Assembly: GCA_032718475.1 (NCBI GenBank)
Contig: JAUCBJ010006973.1
Location: 1 to 60,436 of the forward strand
DNA from: Nemertoderma westbladi
Lineage: Eukaryota > Animalia > Xenacoelomorpha
Direction: 5' to 3'
DNA: 60,436 nucleotides
Shown: piece after piece, positions 11,530-23,905 of the stretch
How positions within the stretch are numbered: the first letter of the stretch is position 1
Layout: every line of letters starts with the position of its first letter
Notes under the pieces: generated by a model
The model's database searches: none
Told to the model about the DNA's origin: nothing
What the model saw: the letters and a program-made list of their open reading frames with translations, nothing else
Program-made: the position numbers and the translations under genes

Positions 11530-12477
11530 CTAGCAGTTAGACCGTCTATTTATGCCGTCCTGCGTCTCTTGCAGATTTTCCAACTCCAGTTGGGCAGTCT
11601 CCTCAGACGCTCTCCGTTCTGCTTCTGCCACTGCCTTTGCCATTGCCGCTGCCGCCTTTCTTTCTGCTTCTGCTACCGCTGCCTTTCCTTTTGCTTCTAC
11701 ATCCGCGGCCTTTCTTTCTGCTTCTACTTCTGCCGCCGCCTTTGCTGCTTCTGCTTCTGCCGCCTTTACTGCTGCTGCCTTTCGGTTCTCTATCTGTTTT
11801 TTCTTTATTTGTTCTTCTTGGACTCTAACGAGGCGGAGTTTTTCATCACATTTAGCTTGTTCTGCAGCTAACATTTCCGCATCGATTGCGTCCAACACAA
11901 GCTTGGTTCCTTCACTATTAGGGCGAAGTCCAGACAGTCGTCTCCTCAACTCTTCGTCTCCTATGAATCGCTGATAGTCTGACAGATATATGTCAATGGC
12001 GTCTCTAGTTCGCAGCTTCTCTGCGGCCGTTAATTCGCTTTCCACTTCGCTTTCCACTTGAGAAGAAGTGGCGTCGGCTGATTCTTCATAGGTTGGCCGC
12101 TCATCATAAACCGTATCCGCCATCTTCGCTCCGCGTTCGGGTGTCCGCTCAGCAGTATCCGAACTACTGGAGCTATCGGGACGCTGAGAACTAGGTTCTT
12201 GGCTAGGATGTTGCTGCGGTTTGACAGCTGCTTCTTGATCCCGCTTGACTTGGGCGCAAGTGCCGATGATAGACCTACGCTGTTCTACTAGCCTAGGGTC
12301 TGACACTACTACTGTAGGGGTGGCCTTTCTTTCAATAGTAGGTGACTTAGACTTGGATCTGGGATGTTCTATACTTTGATCTTGGTCACAGATCCTTTTA
12401 ATACACTGTCTAAGTCTAATACTCATTCTAACACTTTCTAAGACACTATCTGACAGTGATTGGGTTGCGTCTGACAT
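11530..12477 (-). CDS. BEL-A Gag N-terminal part with A/E/K-rich coiled coil; probably frameshifted from 9582-11525
   Basis: 315-aa ORF with AEAERKAA repeats; the downstream frame is already open (IDGLTASRMRR) where this one ends. Confidence 0.65.
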   Translation of the reverse strand: MSDATQSLSDSVLESVRMSIRLRQCIKRICDQDQSIEHPRSKSKSPTIERKATPTVVVSDPRLVEQRRSIIGTCAQVKRDQEAAVKPQQHPSQEPSSQRPDSSSSSDTAERTPERGAKMADTVYDERPTYEESADATSSQVESEVESELTAAEKLRTRDAIDIYLSDYQRFIGDEELRRRLSGLRPNSEGTKLVLDAIDAEMLAAEQAKCDEKLRLVRVQEEQIKKKQIENRKAAAVKAAEAEAAKAAAEVEAERKAADVEAKGKAAVAEAERKAAAAMAKAVAEAERRASEETAQLELENLQETQDGINRRSNC

Positions 12478-12554
12478 GTTTGTTTACACAGTTGAATGCC
12501 TACGGCTATAAATACAGTCAAAGTAAGTCTAGTAATTCAGTATGACCACTGGCC

Positions 12555-12830
12555 TAGTACCGGTAATTTATTGCAGTATATTAGAATACCGGTATGCACT
12601 TATAATATATATAAGTATTGTAAACTAGGTTTGTCACAGAGTACCGGTATATAAATTTAGCACAGATATATATAAATATATAATAGGCCTATCTTGAATA
12701 CCGGTATACAGCTTACACTTATAGTATATATAAGTATAATTATGAACTAGAATTAATTACAGAGTACCGGTATGATTTCAGCTCAAATTTATAGAAATAA
12801 ATATAATAAGCCTATGGTAAGTACCGGTAT
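12555..12830. repeat. ~110-120-bp tandem repeat with TACCGGTA cores in the BEL-A leader
   Basis: Recurrent taccggta...tatatataagta...actag...cagagtaccggtat units. Confidence 0.7.
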
Positions 12831-13799
12831 GTCAATTATTTTTAGAATAATTGAATTCCTGAATATTTTAGGGTTACTTAGTTACTTTAACTTACTTTAT
12901 TACCGTTATTTAAGCAGTAGTCCAACTGATATTGAGACCTAGTTGTTGTCTGGCAGGCCTACTATGTATAAATCGTTTGAGTTGATTTATAATATTTATA
13001 TACCCGTTTAAATGGGTTTTTGTCAATATTTGAAATAAATGTTATTATTTCTGGGGGAGTCACTACACAGAAGCTGTGCGCTCTCAGTGAAGTGCTACCT
13101 ATGGGACACTAAAACAGATAATTCTAATTTACCTAAGTTACTTAATACTACAAATTACTTACGATACGGGTGAGATTAAATCTCTAGTTAAACACAACAA
13201 AAATATTACGTACGAAATTTTTAGGGTAATTTTACAGGAAGTCTACAAACCAGCCCAACAAAGGGTTAGAATTCTGGTTATTACAACGGACAGGGTACTA
13301 CGGTATTTGAAATAATAAGTAGTAGTAAATATATTGTACTGTCCAGATAGGAAATACCACCGCCTGACGACCTATAACCGTATCGCTATAGGTACTACGT
13401 TATGTATCACGGATTGTTCCTACCCAGAAGCTAATAGAGCTAACGAATGTGCCTATCAACCACTTTACAACACAAATATACTGCCTACACTAATTACTTC
13501 GGAAAGCACTGTACACTAAACCCTAAATTAGGTACAAGTACCGGTATAACAAATAATCAGTAGTTAAATATACTTGAACAGTTAAAAGAACCACGGCATC
13601 TGCTGGAGTGACCGAAGCACAAAATCTCCAGTCTTTACCTACGCCGAGCAGCCCTGATGTAGTACCGGGGTTAGTTTAACTATAACGGTATGTATAACAA
13701 GCACAATTACTGTAGGAATAAACTTGGGGACATGAATGTTGCGAATAATCGCATAAACTCTGAATAATAAATATTACGCTACCCGTACAGAATACTCAA

Positions 13800-14340
13800 A
13801 CAAAATACAAACCAAACGCTGGCAAACTACTATCAAGCCTAAACAAACTACAGTATGTGCAGATTCTGAAACTGTTAGTTAGTATGCGTTCTAACACGGT
13901 AGGACGACTTATTCTTTAAGAGGGGATTGACCTTACCGCATATGGCTGCCCCAACTTACTAACGGCACTTTATCAGACCAACTCTACACACGCAGCAATC
14001 CCTTCAGGCCTAAGAATAGTTAGACAACAATCCAGCCTACAAAATATCTGAGTAATAACTATTACGGTACCTGAACAGACCACACAAACAAACACAGGCC
14101 AAAACACTGGCAGACTACGATCAAGCCTAGATAAACTACAGTATATGCAGATTCTGAAACTGTTAGTTAGTATGCGTTCTAACACGGTAGTACGACTTAT
14201 TCTTTAAGAGGGGATTGACCTTACCGCATATGGCTGCCCCAACTTACTAACGGCACTTGATCAGACAAACTCTACACACGCCGTAATCTCTCCAAACTCA
14301 ACAACAGTCAGACAGCAGCTCAGCCTACAATTATCTGGAC
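13800..14340. repeat. ~290-bp tandem duplication in the BEL-A leader
   Basis: tcaagccta..aaactacagtat..gcagattctgaaactgttagttagtatgcgttctaacacggtag...ctctacacacg at ~13833 and ~14121. Confidence 0.9.
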
Positions 14341-14614
14341 AATCTGAGCAGGGTCACACGCCTTCTGCTCAATATTAGCCTACTAGTAAATAAAACTGAC
14401 AGAAATAGACCTAAGTAAAATCCCAATAAAAACCAGGCGTCCCCGATTTAATATCGAGACCTACCGGTATACAATAATCAAAATCGAATAATACTAAATG
14501 TATTTGTACAGCAGTACCGGTTAGGACAGTTGGGCCTACAGACCTACCGAAATACCGGTTACTACGGTATTTTGCAACCTTATTGCCTACTGCAATAAGA
14601 TCATAAACTGTTAC

Positions 14615-15803
14615 TGTTCGCGCTTTTGAAGACCTTTAGCAGTTTAACCTGCCAAAATTTATATGTCTTTTAGTTAATAAAAACACCTTTAGCATACGAC
14701 AATATTTTATGCTAATACACAAAACATTAGCCGAAGTCAGCCCATGCGCGATCATTCACCCGATGGATCTACACCCGGGAGGCTGAATTCGGATGCTTAA
14801 ATTTTATTATTGCAGTGTAAGGTTGCAGTGTAAACTTACTGTATTATTCGATAGATCGTTAATAATTAATTTCTGACAGATATTATTGGCTTTCGGGAAA
14901 TATTAACAGTTCCTTTAGGACGTGGCGCTCTATCTATTTAAACAGAACTAGGACTTATACTAAACGCAACGATACTGCTTATGATTAAAGTATAAAGCGT
15001 ATTCTTTAGGAAATACTTTGTTACCAATCACAATCATGCACACTATTCTGCCGACCGTCAGTATATTTGATCACACATAAAGAGAGTAGCAATTGACTCA
15101 TGTAGGGTCTGCTAAATAACATTAGATTCAATACACACCACATTAATATAAATCGCAATTGTTATGTATAGCCCGTCTCTCTAACCTGTAGTGTATCAAG
15201 AAAATTGGGAAATTTGGGAGATTTATCCGTATTATCCAAAGAGCAATATTTCCATCAACAAATAGGTACAATTAATAACTGACGGTAAATAACAGTACAA
15301 ACAATATGATTAATAGTGAGTTAAGATTCGGTAGGATTCGTGAGTTAGGTAACAGTTTATACTTTCGATAATTTAAGCAGTTTTACTAGAGTTCTTCCCA
15401 AAAGCCGGTGTTATGGCGAAAATGGGAACACAACAACAGAATCATATAAAATCATATGACTACTACCACTATACGAGTATACCAAAAACTCTTATTCCAC
15501 GAAGCCCCGTTCAACACAGAGGATGAGCATAGAGATAGGAAATTCAGTTCAGTAGCGCTGGGATAGGTCGAAATCAACGCCTACGCAAATTCTATTGGCC
15601 GACACGAACAGCAAGGCTAAGGCAACCTCTCTAAGCTAGTTGGCCGATTAAACTGAGCCCAGATATCTCCGTACAGCACATCAGCCAATAAGCTGGTAGC
15701 TTGCACTATTTTAGTTATAAATCCCTTTGAGAGTATTCTAGCGACTGGGGGGGAACTGGCCAGCAAAGGCAAACGTATCAGTTATCCCACAAAAGCTTTT
15801 ACA
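14615..15803 (-). repeat. BEL-A 5' LTR (~1.19 kb)
   Basis: Minus strand TGTAAAAGCTTTTG...AAAAGCGCGAACA; homologous to the solo LTR 54493-55674 and the BEL-B LTRs. Confidence 0.85.
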
Positions 15804-15899
15804 TCATTCGTGGTAACGCAACTATCATTTTTGGTGCTAGTCTGGTGGGACGAAAAATAAAAGTAGAATAAAATTTCAAACGGCAAAAATCGAATTTGG

Positions 15900-16290
15900 T
15901 TGGATAATACGATATTTTTGAGTGTCATATTCGTGATCAGCGTCTTAGAAAACCCATAATGTCTAAAAATCAGGTTAATTAGGTGATTATTTTTGATTAT
16001 TAAATTTGTGTTACTTGTATTTTTCGTGCCGCACATTGACACATTTCCCAGAATGCCCCAATCAACAATGTACGATATATTTTAGTGTCATATTCAATAT
16101 TCGTGAACAGCCACCCAAAAAACCTATATGGTCATTAAATCAATTTGATATTGTGGTGATTTTTCATTATCATATTTGAACTAACTTGTTTTTCGTGCCC
16201 CAGAAGGCACATTCAAAAATACCTAAAATGTTCTCGAATATTATATTTAAGTTATATAATCGTGATCAGTGTCCAAAAAACCGCGCTATA
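15900..16290. repeat. Diverged ~170-bp tandem repeat, probably a DNA-element remnant
   Basis: gtgtcatattc(gtgatcag)...aaaacc...tttttcgtgcc units repeated 2-3 times. Confidence 0.5.
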
Positions 16291-16371
16291 TACCATATAT
16301 ATAATAAAATATATAAATATAATTGTAAGGAAACCAAGATCAACCACGTTAAATAAAAATTATAACAAATT

Positions 16372-16412
16372 ACACAAGCTTTCGAAATAATATAATATTT
16401 CTTTTTCAAGTG
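16372..16412 (-). ncRNA. Minimal hammerhead-ribozyme-like motif (PLE type)
   Basis: CAC-UUGAAAAA-GAAAUA/uuauau/UAUUUC-GAAAGCUUGUG: stem II, GAAA, palindromic AGCU. Confidence 0.65.
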
Positions 16413-16479
16413 ATTTAAATAATTAAATAAATAAATAGCTAATTCATTACAGTTTCCATGAAATTAAGCGTCTACAGTA

Positions 16480-17160
16480 CATTAGTCTACATAATGAGTT
16501 CTCTAATCTGGATTAAATACGTCTAAGCCGAAATTACTGCAAACCGCTTCATTTATAGTGTTGAGACCAAATGGCTTGATTGTTCTTAAGGTGCACTGCC
16601 AGTATCCTTCACTTGTACGGATCTCCCGTCGCTGATCTTTCTTTCCCCTGCCTTTGTAATGAACCTTTTCAATGGGTGTTATTTCGAAATGCGAAAAATC
16701 ATGGTTTTCATTTTTACAAAATGTTTCTCTATAGTCGTTTGTGGCTTATGATTCTTTATATTACACTTATATTGTGATAGCCTTGGTTTAAATGTTTCTG
16801 TTGATCCGATTCCTTGTAAGTTACATATTTTACATTTTGCTAAATATATTATATCTTTGTCATCACAGGTAAGGCGCTGTTTAATTTCATATTTAGTTTT
16901 CAAACGGGTCGAGGTTAATCCGAATTGTTTTGTTGATTTTATCGCTTCACATGGTATACATTTCTGTCTTGTACATTTTTTAGATCCAGCATGTGTTGTA
17001 TTTGCCTGGTTCTTCTGCTTTGATGTTAAACTGGATGGAGCTCAAATTCCCTTTAGCGTAGGGGCCGGGCCCTACGGTTAATATTTACTATTTTATAAGA
17101 GTCAATGAGTTGCTTGGTCCTGATGTCTGTTCTTACTGTAGAATAGGTGTATGTTTGTCT
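16480..17160 (-). pseudogene. PLE linker and GIY-YIG endonuclease (frameshifted)
   Basis: KCTRQKCIPC, LTCDDKDIIYLAKCKICNLQGIGST, WQCTLRTIKPFGLN. Confidence 0.85.
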
Positions 17161-17912
17161 ACTATCTTTTGTATTGATCCTAATATAGGTTCAGTGTTAC
17201 AGATTTGTACAATTGTGAACACATTTTATCAAATGTGTACCAGTGTAATGTAATGTTGTTGAACGGGACAATTGAACATAATTGAATTAGCAACAACCAA
17301 AATTTTTTCGCCAAAGGATACAATTGATTACTTTTGAAACGCTTAGTAATCTGGAAACTCTCTGTAGTTTGCCGCGAACTGTCACTCACTGCAGCTGGAA
17401 ATGCGATAAGGATTTTGTTTACCTTTATAGTGTGCGGTTAATAGTGTCTAGTAGGCAGGCCTATAGTTAGTGATGTTAAGGCATCTTCTGGTGTTTCTCT
17501 GTGCCCTCTTGGTGTCAGACTAATGGCGCGACATCTCCCTGCACTAAATTAATTATTCAATGGTCTAGACTCCTCCATCCATAAACCCATCCACTCCATG
17601 AACCTCCATGTAGTCTTGTATGTAGTTCTCTCTCTACCAATACAGTCCATGTCCGCTATGTTACGCCCTGGGGGCTCTCTCATCTACCTGATATCAGACA
17701 TACAGGCGCACCGCACACAAAGCCTTTGTCGGTCCCAGCAAGTTAGCCTCCTGCTGTGTGATCTAGAAGATAACTCGCCATAAGCTGCCAATCAGATGAC
17801 TTGAACAAATGTGTTCACATGTGATCACATTGGATGAAATCTGCTTTTTCTGGTGGCCTGTACTGTATATTTACTTTTATTTCGTTTTTTATCATTTTGT
17901 AAATTTTGTAAA

Positions 17913-20900
17913 TCATAGTAACTGTGTCTGAATAGCTGCCGCTGCAAATTGTGTAGTAACATCGGCCATTCTCCAACCCCTAGCAATGAATGCTGCTCCA
18001 TATTCATAAAGTGCTTGCATTAAATCCTCCATTCGTGAATTGTTACGCCTCAATCGTAGGGCAAACCCATATGGAACGTGTTTAAGTTGACTGTGCGGAT
18101 GGGCTGAGTGCGGACATATATATTGATGGACGTCTGTTGGTTTGTGGTATATTTTTGTTTGAAGTATTCCATTGTCATCAAAAAATATAGTTAAATCTAA
18201 GTAATTAATTTTCCTTCCATATTCTTCTAATTTAAACTTTATTTTCCCAGGTTTAACGGTATTGTTGAGGTGGTCAATCAGAATACCCATATCTTCATCT
18301 TCTTGTTCAAGTGTAATAGCTATTCTATCATCTCTAAATCGTTTCCATACTTCTGGAGGCTTTGGTGAAGTTCGGACTGCTGTATCAATACCAATATTGG
18401 CTGTATCAATATATTCAGCACCAAAAATGTCTGTGTAAGAGCAAGAGTATGATGGGCCCATTGCCGACCCATCCACTTGTGTGTAATGTTTTCCATTAAA
18501 ACTACAATTATTACAATTTAAACATAATTCTAGAGCTTCAGTCAAACATTCTACTGGGGGAGAGTCTTCTAGTAATAAATCTGGGTGTTCCGTAATTGTT
18601 CTCCTAACGTAATGAGGGGACTGAAGGGAAGAAGTTTGTAATGTCTACAGAAATAAGTTTTGCTGAAGTGGGAAAGGGGGCAAATCTTTTATTCTGTTGT
18701 TGAATCCATTTTATTAGATGACGTGTGTCTTTGAGATATGCTTTATGTGCAGTGGCAAAATTTTTTAAAAAATGTTCTAGAAAACGGCCCAGATTCTCTG
18801 AGGCTGTCCCACAGGCCGATAAAATATTCCTTAATGGCCAGTTTGGTTTGTGTGTCTTCACATTCGCGAAAGCAGTTCCAGGTTTGACGTCATCCTTTGT
18901 GAGCCATTTTTCACAACGTTTAATTATTGGTACTGTATCTTTCCACTTATTAACAAATTCTTTTATTTTATTCTTGTATTTACTTGTAGGATCATTACTA
19001 TGTTTAATGAAAATATTAGTGTCACCTAGGTAATGTTCAACTGCACTTACGTAATTATCCTTACTGGTTAGAACAAAGCGTTTTGAGCCCTTATCCTGTA
19101 TCCTAAGAATGGTTCCTTGTTCATGTTCATCATCCCTTATTGCCCGCTTCAGTTCCCTAAGAGCCTCCCTTTCTCCTGAAGAGAGATTGTCTTCCACGTA
19201 TTTCATGTTCTCATCACTAAACGTTTCAGTATATATATTTGTTAAAAATTGCTCCAGCGTACTATTTCCGGATGGTTTAGTAAAATGCTTACTTACCTCC
19301 CATGGCTGTTTTGGTTTGCATCTCGATTCGTTGTTATCGTCATCATCCTGAGTAGTATTCAATGATTCTTTTTCAGTATTTACCGACTCCTTTTATTACC
19401 TGGTTGTATTTGTCACGTAATCTAGTTGCAAAGTCATTGAAGTCCAAATGTGCTTGATACAAATCAACAGTCATTGGTGTGGGGCAAAATGAAGGTCCCA
19501 ATCGAAGTAGCGTTTTTTGATTGTCAGATAGGGACAAGCCATCTGCTACTAACGGATCAAATACTCTTGGATCACAAATATTGTTTCTTATACCGTCCTC
19601 TATTTTTTCGGCCAGCTTCTGTCTATTTCTAAATCGACTACGTGAACGTTGCAAAGTGTGCATGTGTCCAAACCTATGCCGGGCGTGTGTTTCATGTGGT
19701 GTATATTCTGTAAGGGGGTTTGTGTTGGGCTTATTTCTGATTGGCCTACTTCCCCTTGGTAGTTTGTAATCTCCTTTATTAGTGATTGTTTTTTCTTCAA
19801 AATACGACTGTACATTTCTTGAGATTTTCTAAATAAATACCTGTGACATTTAGTTATTAATTCCTTGCATTGATGTGTGTCTGTAACCCTTCTTATTTTC
19901 GCTTTAAGTAAATAAAAAATTCGCACATAACTCTTTTTTGCGTAACTCTGCATGTTTAATTAAAATTGTTAAAACAGACTTTTCAGCAACCTGGATTGTA
20001 TTCCTAAGAGATGTTTGTAAATCCTTAATTCCAGGTAAAATTCCTGGTAAATTAATATTATACTTAAATCTAATACCTCGAGGAATGACTCCATTAATTT
20101 CACAATCCTTAACCCTATTACCACAGGGGGGGGGGGGGGGGGGGGGCGAATCGGCCCCTTCCTAGTTTTTAGTTGCTGTAACTTTGCAACCACATTACGT
20201 ACCGACCCAATTTTTATTGAGAATTAGCCAAATTTAATGCCGCATCTTTTGCAAAAAACGATGTTGCAATTGGATTTCTACTTTTCGATGTGGGTGCCAC
20301 TTCAAAATTTGGTCTCCAGCACCAAATTTTTTGAAATTGTCAAATTTTACAAAGTCATTCGTGATTTAGTAATTATTTATGTTTGGGCTATTTTTATTTA
20401 TTTTTATTGGTTTGGATCACTCTAATGCTCTATACAAGAATGTAAGTGTAGTGATACGTCATTTTTGGAGCACCAAAATTAGGGCGTGGCACATTAAAAT
20501 TTCAAAATTACTTTATTCGGAAAATTTACTAAAGTTTTGATTTCGAAGCATTTTTACTGGTTTTCTGGAGCGCTGAATCGATTGAAAGTAATATAGAAGC
20601 CTGAAGACTTAGTGGTTCGCTATTTTTGGTGCACCAAAATTAGGGCGTGGCACTTCAAATTTTGAAAAATACGAGATTCGGAAAATACACTAAAGTTTTG
20701 ATTTCAAATCATTTTTATAGGTTTTCTGGAGCGCTGAATCGATTAAAAGTAATATAGAAGCCTCAAATCCTTGGTGTACGTAATTTTCGGTGCACCAAAA
20801 TTAGGGCGTGGCACTTCAAATTTTGAAAAATACGAGATTCGGAAAATACACTAAAGTTTTGATTTGCAAAGCATTTTTATAGGTTTTCTGGTGCGCTGAA

Positions 20901-21879
20901 TCGATTGAAAGTAATATAGAAGCCTGAAGACTTAGTGGTTCGCTATTGTTGGTGCACCAAAATTAGGGCGTGGCACTTCAATTTTTGAAAAATACGAGAT
21001 TCGGAAAATACACAAAAGTTTTGATTTCAAATCATTTTTATACTGTAGGTTTTCTGGAGCGCTGAATCGATTGAAAGTAATATAGAAGCCTCAAATCCTT
21101 GGTGTACGTAATTTTCGGTGCACCAAAATTAGGGCGTGGCACTAATATAAATGCGGATATATAAATGCGGTAAAATTTCAATTTTGGTCTATTTTCCGAA
21201 TCTCGTTTTTTTTCAAAATTTTAAGTGCCACGCCCTAATTTTGGTGCGCCAAAAATGGCAAACCACTCTGTCTTCAGGCTTCTATATTACTTTCAATCGA
21301 TTCAGTGGCCCATAAAACCAATAAAGATGCGTTGAAATAAAAAATTAGGGGCATTTTCTGAATATCGATTTTTTCAAAATTTTAAGTGCCACGCCCACTT
21401 CTTAGGTGCACGAAAAATAGCATCCACTTCAATTTTTGGAAATGGAATATAATCACATTCGATTCAGCGTCTTGAAAAACCTACTAAATCTAGGCAACAC
21501 TGCCACACTATTAGTTTTTAGAAAACGAAAAATTTTGTAATTTTGTCCTGGGACTACTTTTATTTTTCATCAAAATTATGAGTCCCTGCTTATGAAATTT
21601 TAACTTTTTAAGGTTTGGTAGTGTTCATCTATAGTTGTTTCACTAACAGCCTAAATTTTGTTCGATTTCATTGGACGATTACAAAAATATAGTGGGTGGG
21701 CCGAATCGCCCCCCCCCCCCCCCCCCCCCCCCCAGTGGTGCTAATGGTCAAAACACCCCAGTGGTAATAGGGTTAAGAAAATGTAATTGGTATTCACATG
21801 ACTTTAAACTCACTCCTATATTAGAAAGTTGAAAGTAGAGGGATCGTTTTCCGGAATCTGTATTATTATAGCTAGACAT
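17913..21879 (-). pseudogene. PLE ORF N-terminus and reverse transcriptase; frameshifted and split by a piggyBac-type MITE
   Basis: ATG 21879 MSSYNNTDSG...HFLK|DCEINGVIPRG is in frame across the TTAA insertion. DKGS, VKTHKP, SVDITNFFPSVP, QVDGSAMG, WKRFRDD, YLDL, IYHKPT. Confidence 0.88.
20113..21772. mobile_element. Non-autonomous piggyBac-type element with internal ~162-bp tandem repeats
   Basis: TTAA TSD (20109-20112, 21773-21776); TIR CCCTATTACCAC; subterminal poly-G/poly-C inverted repeats; gcaccaaaattagggcgtggcac units x5 plus inverted copies. Confidence 0.9.
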
Positions 21880-22107
21880 TATATTCTTCCACGGCTTAGA
21901 TAATATAGATTATAAATTTAGCAAGTCAAAGCCGTTGGGGTGTGGGATCCGGTTACAAAAATTAAATATATAAATATAATTGTAAGGAAACCAAGATATA
22001 ATTTATATAATAATATATATAATATATATATATAATATAATAAAATATATAAATATAATTGTAAGGAAACCAAGATCAACCACGTTAAATAAAAATTATA
22101 AGAAATT

Positions 22108-22148
22108 ACACAAGCTTTCGAAATAATATAATATTTCTTTTTCAAGTG
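22108..22148 (-). ncRNA. Second minimal hammerhead-like motif, in the PLE pseudo-LTR
   Basis: Same sequence as 16372-16412. Confidence 0.65.
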
Positions 22149-23255
22149 ATTTAAATAATTAAATAAATAAATAGCTAATTCATTACAGTTTCCATGAAAT
22201 TAAGCGTCTACAGTACATTAGTCTACATAATGAGTTCTCTAATCTGGATTAAATACGTCTAAGCCGAAATTATTGCAAACCGCTTCATTTATAGTGTTGA
22301 GACCAAATGGCTTGATTGTTCTTAAGGTGCACTGCCAGTATCCTTCCCTTGTACGGATCTCCCGTCGCTGATCTTTCTTTCCCCTGCCTTTGTAATGGAC
22401 CTTTTCAATGGGTGTTATTTCGAAATGCGAAAAATCATGGTTTTCATTTTTACAAAAATGTTTCTCTAAAGTTTCTCTAAAATGTTTCTTCTATGATTCT
22501 TTATATTACACTTATATTGTGATAGCCTTGGTTTAAATGTTTCTGTTGATCCGATTCCTTGTAAGTTACATATTTTACATTTTGCTAAATATATTATATC
22601 TTTGTCATCACAGGTAAGGCGCTGTTTAATTTCATATTTAGTTTTCAAACGGGTCGAGGTTAATCCGAATTGTTTTGTTGGTTTTATCGCTTCACATTGT
22701 ATACATTTCTGTCTTGTACATTTTTTAGATCCAGCATGTGTTGTATTTGCCTGGTTCTTCTGCTTTGATGTTAAACTGGATGGAGCTAAAATTCCCTTTA
22801 GCGTAGGGGCCCGACGGTTAATATTTACTATTTTATAAGAGTCAATGAGTTGCTTGGTCCTGATGTCTGTTCTTAGAATAGGTGTATGTTTGTCTTTTCT
22901 TTCTTTGTTTATTGGAGATAAAATGGACGTCCAGTTCATCAGTGACGTGTTAAATAGTGTGGGATCCTGTAGCCTTGTAAAACGCCGCGAAAGAATAAAA
23001 GAGTATTTTTAACATAATTTAATTACAAATTTTCGCTAGCTACGATGTTCACTTATATACATTATAAATTATATATATGGTTGTATTTGTGTATATATAT
23101 GTATATGGTTGATTGGGTAGTACAACTGCTACTTGGTTTTGGATTTTACATTTTTACTGTGGACTTTAGATTTTACTTAATAATATATGCCAGCCAGACT
23201 GGCGCCGCGCGCTTGTATGACCATATTAAATACTACTTGCATAATAATAATTTAA

Positions 23256-23327
23256 TTGTGGGGCGAGACACGTAGTCGGCGAGCCTTGGCATACGGTTCA
23301 TATAGGGCAAATGGGGCATGTCCGTCA

Positions 23328-23361
<34 letters not shown>

Positions 23362-23905
23362 CCGTCTGTCTGGTAAATGTTTGAACGCGAATTTCTCGGC
23401 ATCGCTGGTTCGGAATTGAACCAAACTTAGTAGGTAAGTAGTAGAGAGAAAGTTTAGAAAGTTTGTAAAGTTTGGTGAAAAATCATGCAGTCTGACGTCA
23501 GCTACGACAGATTATGTGGTTTTTAGAAAATGTTAAATTTCTCGGGAAGGCCTCATTTTCCTGAGCTGAAATTTTGGTGGCCTGTAGAGAATCATGAAGT
23601 CTATCTTTTACGAAATTTAAAAGGTAAGAAATTTAATTGGGGATCCGCTAGAGACTCAGAAGTAATGACATAGGCCTACCGGTACGGTACTGTTGTACAG
23701 TGCTGCACTGGTAAGTACGAAATTGCAGAATAACAATTTGACACCACCTAGCGGCTGAGCGGATTAACATATGATTGTATGTAACGAATGAATACATTTA
23801 TAGCATGGAATATGGGGTCCAAACTAGACATGCCCCATTTGCTCTATATGAACCGTATGCCAAGGCTTGCCAACTACGTGCTGCGCGAAGTCCCCACGAA
23901 CGTGT
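23256..23905 (+). mobile_element. Helentron-associated (DINE-1/HINE-like) non-autonomous element
   Basis: TT-GTGGGG start, (GTCT)n microsatellite, CCCCAC subterminal inverted repeat; second copy at 52508-53860. Confidence 0.65.

Larger units (their letters stand above)
1..15803 (-). mobile_element. BEL/Pao LTR retrotransposon BEL-A, internally deleted; continues off the left edge and hosts the 142-7504 insertion
   Basis: 5' LTR 14615-15803, ~2.1-kb leader, Pao-type gag and protease. 1-141 plus 7508-8200 align to BEL-B 31670-32300. Confidence 0.85.
16295..22990 (-). mobile_element. Penelope-like retroelement (Neptune-like) with upstream partial tandem copy (pseudo-LTR)
   Basis: RT plus Cys-rich linker plus GIY-YIG on minus. 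16295-17160 is repeated near-identically at ~22030-22895. Confidence 0.92.

Noticed and set aside
11458-11974. Plus-strand Cys/Phe/Leu- and Ala/Ser-rich ORFs (also 39325-39638)
   Set aside because: They are antisense shadows of repetitive coiled-coil gag sequence.
20460-21143. Regular repeats as a CRISPR array
   Set aside because: Whole ~162-bp units repeat with no unique spacers; eukaryotic transposon context and no cas genes.
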